Positions 1-11,385 of a stretch of 64,000 nt of DNA are shown here, one piece after another. Origin of the DNA: Marsupella aquatica (taxonomy: Eukaryota > Plantae > Marchantiophyta); the NCBI GenBank assembly GCA_973895155.1, contig OZ316894.1:17886563-17950562 (forward strand), read 5' to 3'. Within the stretch, counting starts at the first letter, position 1, and each line of letters opens with the position of its first letter. The notes beneath the pieces were generated by a model. That model was given only the letters and a program-made list of their open reading frames with translations. It did no database searches and was not told the origin of the DNA. The position numbers and the translations under genes were made by a program.

Positions 1-420
1 TTTGATCACCTTGACATATTTTGCTCACCTTGACATCTTTTGCTCTCCTTTACATCTTTTATCACATTCATATCTTTTGCTCACCTTTGTTAGGGTTTTG
101 ACTCAACCTCGGCTAGGTTATCTAGAGTTAACATTAGTTGACTAGACTCTTCATGAAGGGGTAACCCTCTTTGTATCCCTTGGAGAAACAACACTTAGAT
201 GAAAACTTTATGTGAGAGAGAAAAAGATGTGAGAGAGAAAAAGCTTGGAGCTATGGTGATATGTACTTTTTGTGTTCATAGTGAAGCTCTTGGTGCGGCC
301 ATGGACGTAGCCCAAACGGGATGAACCATGTATCTTTGTGTTGGTATACATGTGTGTTATATGAGTGGTGATGTTGAGACATCATGCTGACTAATTTGAT
401 CCCACAATTGGTATCAAAGC
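1..420 (+). mobile_element. 3' end of an LTR followed by a tRNA-iMet primer-binding site (LTR retrotransposon remnant)
   Basis: CCCACA (401-406), a 2-nt spacer, then TGGTATCAAAGC (409-420), one mismatch from the canonical iMet PBS TGGTATCAGAGC. ~20-bp tandem repeats at 1-90. No gag ORF follows. Confidence 0.6.
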
Positions 421-2108
421 TTTGGTATGGGATTAGTTGATGTCTCAATGGTTTATCGTGACTGACTGACAATTTTTTGGGATGAAATTTAGAAATCTGA
501 ATGTTCTCATACAAAGCGATGGTCGGATTAGCAATTATATGGAGTACACAATTGCACGTTTAATTGAGAGAATGATTAATTATGATCGAGCAATTTTAAT
601 TTTCAGTTTAGACAATTTTTGAGATCCCAACTTAATTTCTAAAGAGAACATGGCATATGTGATGTTATTTTGATTTGTTTTGAGATGTTAATAACCATTG
701 TGTAAGAAACCGTCAACTCCATACAAGACAACAATGTAGAACATGAGAGCACTCAATCTCACACTACACCAACAAGACACCATGATGCATGGAGAATGAT
801 CCAAAGCTCATGAGAAAGTATATGTGAAGAATGAGGGAAAGAATGCATTCCCTTAAACCTATACCCCCCAAGGGGAATTGAAATGTGTGGGCCTAAATAA
901 GTGGATCTTATCCTAAACTAACCAAGGGTCAACTAACCCTAGTAAGGCCAAACTAACTAAAGCTTGGAACTCAAGTCAATTCCTAACCCATTGAAGATAA
1001 CTTGATCGGGGTCCCGATCGGGGTGATACACCTATGAAGCATGATTGTGGAAAAAGTGGTAAATTGAGCTGCAGTCCACGAGAGTGCAATCCACGGGACT
1101 TGATCAAAAATAGTGAATGTCACACCATTTAGAGTGGTAGTAAAGTATATCGTACTATCTAGGTATAGAGGTTTTGTATGTATGCTACATGAGCACTATG
1201 TTTAGTTTGAGTTGGTGTGAGGGATAGTTATCCCCTTGTGTTGGCTCAAAGGCCTCATCTTTCAATGTTGAGCCTTTGAGCATGAGCTTGGTGGCTATGG
1301 TGTGGCTGACCAGGTTGTGTGCATGTAACGTGGATTCCTTGAAGCACAAGGTGCGTTGGGCTTGACATACATGTGTGATCGCGTCGGATGGAATCGTTGT
1401 TGGATTAGCACCGATCGTTGTTCGATTTGCACTATTGAAGAAGATTATATTGAAAGATGACCTTCAAATTTTGATGTACGGATTGTGCAAAAGAAGTTCG
1501 ATTTCGTTGTGGTTTTGTTGTTGACGATTCGTGGTATCTCGGATCGGGTTTTGTTGTTGAACGGATTGCTGGTATCTCGATCTGTTACAAGTTGGTGTTG
1601 AGAAAGCTCGAGTGAATGCGGAGCTTTGAGTTGTTGAGTTGCGCATTTGGAGTTGCGGTTTGCATCGGTCGACACTGCAGCATTTTGGAGGGCTGAGTGT
1701 GCAGTCGATGATCGGAAGTTGCCGTCGACTATTGTGCGCAGATTACTGAGAGTATTTGCTGCGGTTTTGTGAAGGCAAGTCGGTCAGACTTGTGATTGTT
1801 TGTGATTCTGGTTGGGGATGGTTCCAATCGGGAATTGATAGTTGAAGTTGTATCTTGCGGATTTGAGATTCGTCAAGCTTGATGCCGACGGATAGTGCAT
1901 TTCTTTGAAGAAAGCGACATTTGATGTTGGCAAATTGCATTGCCTACGGCAACGTAGCGCACTGCGGAGAGGCGACGTAGCGCATCACGGAGAGGCGAGG
2001 TGCAGCGGCGACCTAGGGCACAAGGAAAACGACAAAGTTAGTGAACAGTGACTTTGTCCGGGAATTGCGGTGGGGTTTTTGCAGCAACAAGGTTGTGAAG
2101 GTCTTTCA

Positions 2109-2471
2109 CGGAACACTGTTCTGTTGAGAGGGCATATTGGAGATTCGTCATGGTAGTTTTGGGAAGATTGGTCTTCCACAGAACACTGTTCCGTCGTGGG
2201 TGCACATTGAATATTGGTCTACCCCAGCACACGTCTTGTCTGCGTTGTGAAGAAGGGTTGGTTGCGGAACACTGTCCCGCAACTAGGCAACTCACGGAAC
2301 ACTATTCCGCCAATCAGCTTGGCTATTGGTGATGGAAGGTTGCGGAACACTATCCCGCAACTAAGTAATTTACGGAACACCGTTCCGCCAATTGTCTTGG
2401 AGATTGGTGGTGGTGCATCATGGAACACCGTTCCGCGATTGAGTGATTGGTATCCGCGGAACACTGTTCCG
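2109..2471. repeat. Array of 8 palindromic 15-bp motifs (consensus CGGAACAC-TGTTCCG) in the retroelement leader
   Basis: Copies start at 2109, 2179, 2265, 2295, 2343, 2373, 2421 and 2457. CGGAACA and TGTTCCG are reverse complements. Confidence 0.9.
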
Positions 2472-5208
2472 CCAATCGGTTGATTATTGATAGTGGTGAG
2501 TTGATGGTGACCATTTAGGGAAAATTGGTCATCACGGAGTTCTCTGGTGATACGGGGCTACCCGAGGGACGATGGTCTGGTTTTACTCGGAGTGGAGTGC
2601 AATTTCGGCCGACAACATTGTTAGTGGCTACAAGTGGGGTTTCAGATAGTGATTTTGACGAGGAGTTAGTAGCCAGTTCTCCTCGACATCAAGTGACTGT
2701 TCCATTGTTGTGGGATATGGAAGAGATGTATGGGGCACGAAAGGACCGAGGAGATACTCTGGTGCAGTTGGCACGATTGATTTGGATGATTTCATCCAAG
2801 AGTTTGATACGTGGTGTGATATGCAGACAATGCGTAATGTCACATTGTTCACACCTTTCATGGCTTGGAAAGGGTTGTTTCAGCATTTGGAGGGGCCATC
2901 CATGGATGACTACCATGAGTTTCGAAAGGCTCATTTAGTGGATATTGAGGCATGGAGACAGCATTGGTCACCAAACTATGTGTCCATCACTTATGGCACA
3001 AGTGCGGTTTCCCAACCCATTGCTATAGCTGCGGCTTCTTCTAGCAGCACTAGCCAGAGTGGCACTCAATCAACATCCACCGCTACTCCTACCGGTGTGA
3101 TTGTGGCTGGGAGTGGAGCTGCGCCAATATTTAACCCTGTGATGAAGTTCTTTGAAGTATTGAAGCAGAACTACCAGGGTGTGAGAACCGATAAGTTGAA
3201 GGGTCTTCAGGAGTTCCAGCGCAAGACTAGAGAGAGCCTACGTGAGGCATACACTCATATGCGAAGATTGATTACGGTCACACAAGGAGTGACAGAGGCC
3301 CAAGCGGTCCAATTCTGGTATGCAATTCTGGATAGGGAGTTGCGTCGTAGAGTGAGAGATGCCACTCTATTGAGGGATTCAGATCCCACATTGGCTATAG
3401 TTTTTGCACTTGCTGAGCGCATTGAGCTCAATATGGTGAATGAGAAGGTGGTGACTTCCGGATTTGCCAAGGAAGCACCAAAGGTTGCATCGACGCCCAC
3501 ACCGCAACCTTCTGCACGTAAGAGCCAGAGAGAGAAGCCTACAACACGGGAATCTACTAGTCAGAGACCTGTGCCTTCTTATGCTGGACAACAATCAGGA
3601 TGTTGGACTTGTGGTGGGGATCATGCACAAAGATATTGCCCGGATAATAGGGGGCAAGGAGGGGCATCTACACCTGATCAACGACAATGTGATCATTGTG
3701 AAGTTTCTGGACACACCAAAGATAGGTGTTTTGTACTTCATCCTGAACTACGACGGGGAGGACCACGTGCGTATGATCAGGGAAGAGGAGGTAGAGGTGG
3801 TGGACGTGGTCGAGGCATGCCACATGCAGGAAGACAAGGAGGTGATGTTGCTCCTACCGTTACCACAGATCCTAAGGATGCAAAGATTGCTCAATTGGAG
3901 CAACAACTAGCTGCAATGGCTAGTTCTCAAGTTAGACCTAGTGCTAGTGATGGAGCTTCTACATCCTACGGAGCTTCAACCTCTTATGGAGCTGATGGAG
4001 ATCTTGCCACCATGGGATTTATGTGTGGCACTGCGCATGTTGATGCATCAACAACTTTGACTCGAGGAGCAGCAAAAGCCCTTGAGCCACGAGGAGCAGT
4101 GGTAGAATTGGATCCGCAAAGAGGGGATATTCGTCGTCAAACAAAGCTTCCCCAATCGTTTACATTGTTAGAGGCAGTTCAAACTACCTCTATGAACCCG
4201 ATTCGGACTAACCTAGGTGGGGGTAAGTTGGCGGAATCAAGTGATGTTGTGACAGGGATGACAAGTACCTTGTTGGGGGCGACCACTACTATAGTGCGCA
4301 CGCCATTATTTTCAGCTACGGATATGTTGACATTGGGAGTTAGTCTAGCAGAGGTGTTCAGATTGGCGGCCACATTATGCGAGGACACTCCAGCTGTTGC
4401 TTCACGTGCAGAAGCAATGCCCTATTCTGAAGTAGTGGAGTTGCATCCACCTATTGCCAGTAATGAAACATGGCATGCAGCAGCGGCAAGGTTGATAGAT
4501 TTACCAACGCGCCCTGCTTATGAGAGGACTAGGTTTAAACCTAGCGTCATATCATTGGATAATTGGAGTGGTATCTTCCGATTAGTTGGGCCTTCTGGAG
4601 CAATATACCAGCCAGAGCGAGTGTTACTGGATACTGGTGCTCAGCCCTTGATGTTGGGTAAGTCTGCGATAAGAGGATTGGGATTGCGTCCTGATGACTT
4701 GGAGGAGTGTCCCTTTCCCATTCAAACTTCATTGGGAGGACCTACACCCACACAACATATCACTCGACGAGCACTTGAACTTAGGATTCAAGAGGATCAT
4801 TCAAAGGATAATTCACAGATCCAGGCTCGAGCTATTCTGACTAAGGCTGAGTCATATGATGTCTTGGTGGGATGTACAGTTCTCTATCCTATGGGATTTG
4901 TTCTTGATTTTTGGAATGAATCGGTGTCGTATCGACCCGATTGGCAATCTGGAGATGCTCGATTGAGCCAATTGCCAGTGCAATTTAGTGGACCTGTTGG
5001 CGGCCCCAAATCTACACCATTATCTTTGGCAGCATTTAGTAGTTTGATTATTGGGGCTGATGATTTGATTGAGGGTAACGCACATGCAGCAGATGTTCCT
5101 ATGGTGGAGGAGACACATGAGGAACACGGGATGCATGGATTGCCCATTGATAGTGTTGTGACACCAGTATGGGGTACTGGACAGGCCTTGCCATAAAGTG
5201 CGGCCCGG

Positions 5209-6474
5209 TTGATACATGATGCATGGCGTCATGCTTTTACACCGCAATCAGGAGTAGAGCAGTCAATTGCAAATGGACCAGTGACTCTTTCCCCATTGGA
5301 CACTACTCCTATTGCATGGCAATATCCACATGAGGGTATTTGTTTGTTGGATTTATTTGGGGGAATTAGCACTGGATTGGCTAACGTTCTTCAAGCCGGC
5401 ATTCCGGTGCGTCGTTATTTGTATGTGGAGACTGATGAGACAGCACGTAGAGTCTCATTACATCATGTGGCATTGTTGGTCGAACGCTACCCACAATTGT
5501 TGCCAGTGGATGCCGTTCGTGGTTATCAGCATGCATTACCAGCTGACATTTCATTGTTGGGGGCGGATCATCTGGATCGCGTTGGCCCCATTGATTTGGT
5601 GATTGCAGGTTGGCCATGTCAGGGTCAATCTAGAGCTGGAGTTGGACATGGACTTCATGATCCAAGATCTGCATTGTTTTGGGAGATGTTACGGGTGTTG
5701 CGTCATCTTCAGTTGCATCAGACACATTCTCCTGCCTATATTTTGGAGAATGTGCCATTATTGGGTGATGATCGTCATCGACTTGTTGCCAGCATTCATC
5801 AAGTTAAGTCTTGGATTGGACCTGCTGTGTTATTGGATGCTGCACGTGTGGGTTCTCGTGCACATCGTCCACACTTGTGGTGGACTAATTTGTTACCTTG
5901 TGAGGTGTTGAAGTGAGCATTTGATAGCATTCCTCGCTCAGCAACCTTGGTGGTGGATGATATTTTGGATCCAGGGCATTGTGCACAAGGTGTGACCCAA
6001 CCTGACAGACCTCCATTGGCAGTGGTCAATGTAGTTGGTCGCCCACGTTGTGCATTACCCACTTTTGTGAGCCATTCTGCTTCATATGCATTCAGAGCAG
6101 GTGGGCTTGGACTTGTATGGGATACATCTCTACAGCAGTTAGTGGAACCTACTGCTGATGAAAGAGAGAGTGCTATGGGATTTTTGACAGGCACTACTGC
6201 AGTTGCTTCTGTGTCAGAGAGTTCACGCCGCCAGGTCCTTGGTCAAGCCATGGATTTGAATTGCTTGACTTGGATTATCAGCTTGGGATTAGCTGAACAA
6301 TTGTGGATGCGCTCTTTTGATGTTACTGATCGTCCATTGGTGAGCTTGTGGTCTACTGAGACAGTAGCGACCACAGCTGGGGGCGAGCACACAGTCCATG
6401 GACCTATGGCAGGATTGGCCAAGGCAGGACAGATTGTTGAGCAGGTTGGGACTGCTCAAATTGTTGCTAAATAG
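5209..6474 (+). pseudogene. DNMT3-like C5-cytosine DNA methyltransferase domain within the retroelement polyprotein
   Basis: Motifs in canonical order: I LLDLFGGISTG; II YVETDETA; IV DLVIAGWPCQGQS (catalytic PC); V DPRSALFWE; VI ILENVP; VIII DAARVGSRAHRPHLWWTN; IX EPTADERESAMGF; X RRQVLGQAMD. One internal TGA at 5914. Confidence 0.92.
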
Positions 6475-9453
6475 CAACCACCGACTATCTCTTCAACCCC
6501 AAAGGAAGACATCACAGCTTTGATGGAGAGTTGGGAGCCACAAATTGGCCCTAAGTTGACAGGGGGTGAGAGACGTCGAATGTATCAATTCTTGAAGAGT
6601 TACTGGAATTGTTTTGCATTTAGCGATTTGGGAACATTGAAGGGCCCTGGTATTCAGATTGAATTGGCTAGTGATGCGCCAATCTTTCGACGACCATATC
6701 GATATAGTGATATGGAGAGGGCATTGATCCAAAGTAGAACTCAAGATTTGTTGGAAGCTGGTTTGGTGGAGATTTCATACGGAGAGTATGCATCTGCCAC
6801 AGTGATGCCAGCCAAGAAGGATGTGCATGGCAATTACATGGATAGGCGAATGTGCGGTGATTACCGGCCTATTAATCGTCAAACAAAATCTGATCGATAT
6901 GCCATGCCCACACCAGAGGAGATCTTTGATGCAGTGGGGCATGCAAGGATTTTTAGTTCGTTGGACCTCAGAGCGGGGTACCATCAGTTGCCAATTAGGC
7001 ATTCTGACAAGTCCAAGACAACATTTTGGGGGATTGATTCTTATGGCAAAGATCATTTGTATCAGTGGTTGTTCTTACCATTTGGGTTGAAGAATACACC
7101 AGCTGAGTTCCAGAGAGTCATGGATCGAATCCTTGCAGGTTTGGATTTTGTCAGATGTTATATTGATGATATTTTGGTTTATTCTTCTACTGTGGAAGAA
7201 TATCAGAGACACTTGCAGATTGTGTTTGAGAGATTGAGGGAACATGGATTGAAGCTCCATCCCGGCAAGTGTAAGTTCTTTCAAGAGAAGATTGAGTATT
7301 TGGGCCACACTATCTACCCAGGAGGATTGGGTGTGCAACAGACTAAGGTGGAGGTCATTACACAGATTCCTCATCCTACTGATGTGAGCAGAGTTTGTGC
7401 ATTCTTGGGATTGGCGAGCTACTATAGGAGGTATGTTAAAGGATTTAGCCAGCTTGCTAAACCTTTAACTATACTCACTAAGTTGGATTAGGAGTGGATT
7501 TGGGGAGACGACCAGGAGCATGCTTTCCAAGAGTTGAAGGAAAGACTGGCGTCAACACCTATTTTGAGAAGACCCATTTCAGGGCGACCATTTCAGCTTC
7601 ACACTGATTGGAGTGGAGTAGGGCTTGGAGCAGTGTTGACTCAGAAGGATGATGAGGGGAATGAGTTTGTTGTGGCGTATGCTAGTAGATCCAACAATTC
7701 AGCAGAGGCTAAGTATAGCTCTTATGAGGGAGAATGTTTGGCAGCAGTGTGGGCTGTGGCACATTTCCGTTGCTATTTGTTTGGTAATTTGTTCATCTTG
7801 ATCACTGATCATCAACCTCTCAAGTGGTTAATGGAGTCTGACAAGCTTAGAGGGAAGCTTGCACGATGGGCATTGTTGTTGCAGGAGTATGATTTTCAGG
7901 TTGTGCATAGACCTAGAAAATTGAATTTGGATGCGGATGGGTTGAGCCGCAATCCATGTACCAGTCAAGAGGATGAGACTGGAGCCCGATGGCATGATGA
8001 GACGGATAAGGAGATGGTGCCAGGATGACATGCGTCTGCTTTCCTTTGTTGGGTGCCAGTATGTAGTGGATATGTAGACTCTACTTCATTGGATAGAGTA
8101 GATGATGAGTCTTCCGATATGGATGTTGGTGATGTAGTTTTTGGACAACAAGATATTCACAACGATGTGAGAGTGTTGGAATATTTGCGTGTTGGCTCCA
8201 TTGGTGGCAATGTTGATGCTAAGGAGCGTGATAGGGTTCTACAACGAGCCAAGAGATTTCAATGGGAAGGAAACCATCTTTTAAGGGTACTACGTGATGG
8301 GAAGGTGTTGGTTGTACCAAAACCATCACAACGAGTACATTTGGTGCGACATGCGCACGAAGAGTTAGGGCACTTTGGTGTGAAGCGCACTTATAGCTTG
8401 CTGCAGACACAGTATTGGTGGCGTGGTATGCACACTAATGTCCAACAATTGATAGCTAAGTGTGTGGTTTGTGATCGAGTGCGAGCATCGTTCAATGCTC
8501 CCACTCCCCAGTTGCATCCGCTACCGATCATGGGTTTGGGATATCGATGGAGTTTGGACTTTGCTGGTCCATTGCCTCTTACCCAACGTCACAATCGGTA
8601 TGTTTTGGTTATGGTGGAGCACTTCTCCAAGTGGATTGAACTAGTGGCATTGCCAGATAAAGCTAGTGGAGGAGTGGCTACCACATTTTTGGATCGAGTA
8701 CTCAGTCACTTTGGAGCACCAGCTGAGGTGTTGACTAATCAGGGCACAGAATTCCGTGGAGATTTTGAGGGTTTGTGTGAGCAAGATCTGATTGATCATC
8801 GTACTACTTCTCGCGATCATCCTGAGGCAGATGGATTGGCAGAGAGAGTTGTACAAACTATGAAGAGAGGATTGCGTAAGTACGGCTTGCAGGTTGGTCA
8901 TTTGGGAGACTGGGATCTCCAACTACCTTGGTTAGCTATGGGCTACCATTTTAGTCGACAAGTATCACTTGCATCCTTCTCACCTTATTTCTTGCTCTAT
9001 GGTAGAGAGCCAGATTTGCCAGTGGCTATTCGTTGTGATGTTGCAACTGTTGTGAATTTGGATGATCCAGATGTTTGGGTCAAGGTTTGTTCAGAGAGGG
9101 CACAAGTTTTTGAGAGAGTTATGCCCATGGCCTTTGACAACCTTGCTATTGCCCAACATCGTGATACTTTGCGGTATGCTACTATTCGTGGAGGAGGTTA
9201 TTGCACGAGGATTAGAAGATTTCATCTTGGAGATTATGTGTATTTGCAGCAGACAGCACCAACGATGCTTGATGTGACCGCAGGGTGGACAATCTTACGT
9301 GTGCATGAAGTGTTGCCTTCTGGAGTCCTTATATTGGAAGGACGTGATGGTATGGTTTGGAAGGATCATATGCGTAATTGTGCGCCATGTCATCTTCCAA
9401 ACATTGATGGTACTATGGATCCAAGCTTGGCACATGTTCGTGCTGGCTTGAAG

Positions 9454-9591
9454 TGTATGTTGTGTGGATCTGCTCAGGGAGCAGCTACTATGTTGATTTG
9501 TGATCGGTGTTCTAGAGGATGGCACATGTCGTGTTTGACACCACCCTTGCACATGATTCCTAGTGGATCATGGTTGTGTCCTCAATGTCGG
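9454..9591 (+). other. PHD finger (C4HC3) at the integrase C-terminus
   Basis: CMLC-x10-CDRC-x4-HMSC-x11-GSWLCPQC, including the typical LTPPL and W-x-C-P-x-C signature. Confidence 0.9.
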
Positions 9592-9990
9592 TGATGCCGA
9601 CTAGTTATCATTCGTGTTCTCATGGAAGATATACATTGCAGGTAGGTGATCGATGGGGCTCACTTGCACCCGGCCTCCTGATCTTCACACCTAAAAAGGT
9701 GTATATCAACCTTGTAGAACTCATGGCTAGCTAGAGTTAGGGGACCTCACTTCCAGCTAGGGGGGCGATTGTGGGTTTTGGGCATGTATGGACATGGGTT
9801 CCATTTGTAGATCATTCTCTGAGGTTTGTGTCGTTAGATTGTGACTATGCTTGGATATGTGACAAACGATGTATGTTGTGTAGCGATGTGTATGCGCACG
9901 ACATGAAGGGGAGACAGTCACTTGGATTTATTCAAGTGCACATGAGTGTTGTTTGTACACAAAGAGAATGAATGATGAAACTTTTGGTTT

Positions 9991-11385
9991 TATTTACGGA
10001 CCCCACTAGAGGTCCCTTCCAAAATTCCTGGCACCAGAGCGTGCCACGTCGACAACAACCGCAACAAACAAGACTTGTTAGTTTTGTGAATCAAACTTGG
10101 GTTTTGCTTCATGTTTGCGTCAATTTGGGTGTAAATTTTGGGACGCCATGCCGTAAAAAGAAATGTAAAATTTTAGAAATGCAAAGAGCGAGACGGGTAA
10201 AAGTGTCACTATGTAACCGTTTTAGTTACGTATCCAATTTTAGAAATTAAATTCAAAGATTTGAAATGTATTTTTCATATAATAAACAATGACTAATAAC
10301 TAACTTGATAACTTCCTTGTTAACAGGTAACTAGCACATGGAGTAAGATTTCCAGCCTTTTGCAATTCATGCAAAATGCCATGGTTGAAATTTGAACTCA
10401 ATGAATTGATACAATTCATTTGATCAGACATTGATCTGGTTTCAATTGGACTTGCCATGAATTGACTATTGACTCTCTTGAGAATTTGGTTGCATGTAGC
10501 CAAAAGGGCTGATTTTGACAATTGTTTGTGATAAATCACGTTGTCGACTTAAGCCTACAAAGCAAAGTATTCATGTGGCACTTGTGGCAGTTGAAAAAAA
10601 TATCAAACTGCTCAAGCCATACTTGAATGGGTCCACAATGATTTTGTGAGAAAATCTATCCTACTTGTTCAACACAACATGACTACCAGCTTCCCTTCCT
10701 TATGAGACTTCTTTCTTCTCAAAACTAGTTTTGCCCTTCTCCATTTGGTGAATAGCTGCATCAAGATCATGAGGCTATTAACCTCTAATTCAAAACTAGC
10801 CAAAGTCAGGCTTTAGTGATGAAATCTCCAGAATTTCCAATTTTTTGAAAGTACATTGACAAATCTTTTACAAATTAACAGGGCTCAACAACTAGAAAGC
10901 TTAGGGTTAGTTGTTGAGAAGAGCAGTCTTCTCAATTGATCTTGAGAAAGTAATTTTCTCAACTCAAAGTGCCTTCTAAACTCAAGGCACTTTAGTGGTC
11001 GAATATAGTGCCATCCAATGCCCAAATCAACTAACTAAAAAAACTGTGCCTTGGGTTTATTAATGTTCTAAAATTAGCTAAAATATCTTAAGTGTTTTAA
11101 CGCCTGCTAGCAGAGCATTATGAACCATATTAGCCTCTCAAAACTCAAGCTAAAAGCCCTCATTTTACTGGTCATTATGAAGACTATTGCAAAATCACAT
11201 TTGGATGAGGTAATTTATCCTATATTTTTACTAAAATTTGTAAAACTATCTCAGCATAATAGCATGTGTTACCAGATCATTTTGGACCATAATAAACTCA
11301 CACAACTTGAGCTAAAACTAGTATAACATACATTATTTTTACTCAAACAAGGCCTAAAAAATGTAGCTAGAGGATCCACGAACTA
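9991..11385. mobile_element. Non-autonomous TIR transposon, TAGTTACGGACCCC family, copy A
   Basis: Left end TATTTACGGACCCC and right end AGGATCCACGAACTA. The first ~330 bp are near-identical to 38508-38845. Confidence 0.65.

Larger units (their letters stand above)
2572..9594 (+). pseudogene. gag-pro-DNMT-pol polyprotein pseudogene (~2,295 codons in one frame from 2710, five premature stops)
   Basis: ORFs at 2710, 5209, 5947, 6520, 7534 and 8053 share one frame and are separated only by single stops (5194, 5914, 6472, 7489, 8026). Zinc knuckles CWTCGGDHAQRYC (3601-3639) and CDHCEVSGHTKDRC (3688-3729); protease VLLDTGA (4621); RT LDLRAGYHQ/PFGLKN/YIDDIL; RNase H LHTDWS/EGECLA/TDHQPL/ADGLSR; integrase H-H-C-C plus D,D(N),E. 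A probable frameshifted N-terminus (SGFTRSG) lies near 2572. Confidence 0.92.
2100..9990 (+). mobile_element. Ty3/Gypsy LTR retrotransposon carrying a C5 DNA methyltransferase and a PHD finger (decayed; boundaries approximate)
   Basis: Gypsy domain order Gag-PR-[DNMT]-RT-RH-INT. A purine-rich AGCTAGGGGGGCGAT followed by TG at ~9755-9771 may be the PPT and 3' LTR start. The 3' end is cut by another insertion at 9991. No matched LTR pair was seen. Confidence 0.93.

Noticed and set aside
1-420. 5' LTR/PBS of the DNMT-bearing element
   Set aside because: No similarity was seen to the sequence after 9594, and unrelated sequence intervenes. It probably belongs to another element.
701-1030. Solo LTR (TGTAAG...GATACA)
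   Set aside because: It has TG..CA ends, but the flanks (CATTG versus CCTAT) are not a target-site duplication and there is no second copy in the window.
2109-2471. CRISPR array
   Set aside because: The repeats are only 15 bp, the spacers are irregular and partly duplicated, no cas genes are present, and the context is a eukaryotic retroelement.
5209-6474. Bacterial restriction-modification methyltransferase or contaminant
   Set aside because: The domain is in frame with the protease and RT, has the same composition and decay pattern, has no cognate nuclease, and its motifs are DNMT3-like.
5194-8028. Programmed stop-codon read-through
   Set aside because: There are five stops of three types, one inside the DNMT domain, and catalytic substitutions are also present. 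Mutational decay is the simpler explanation.
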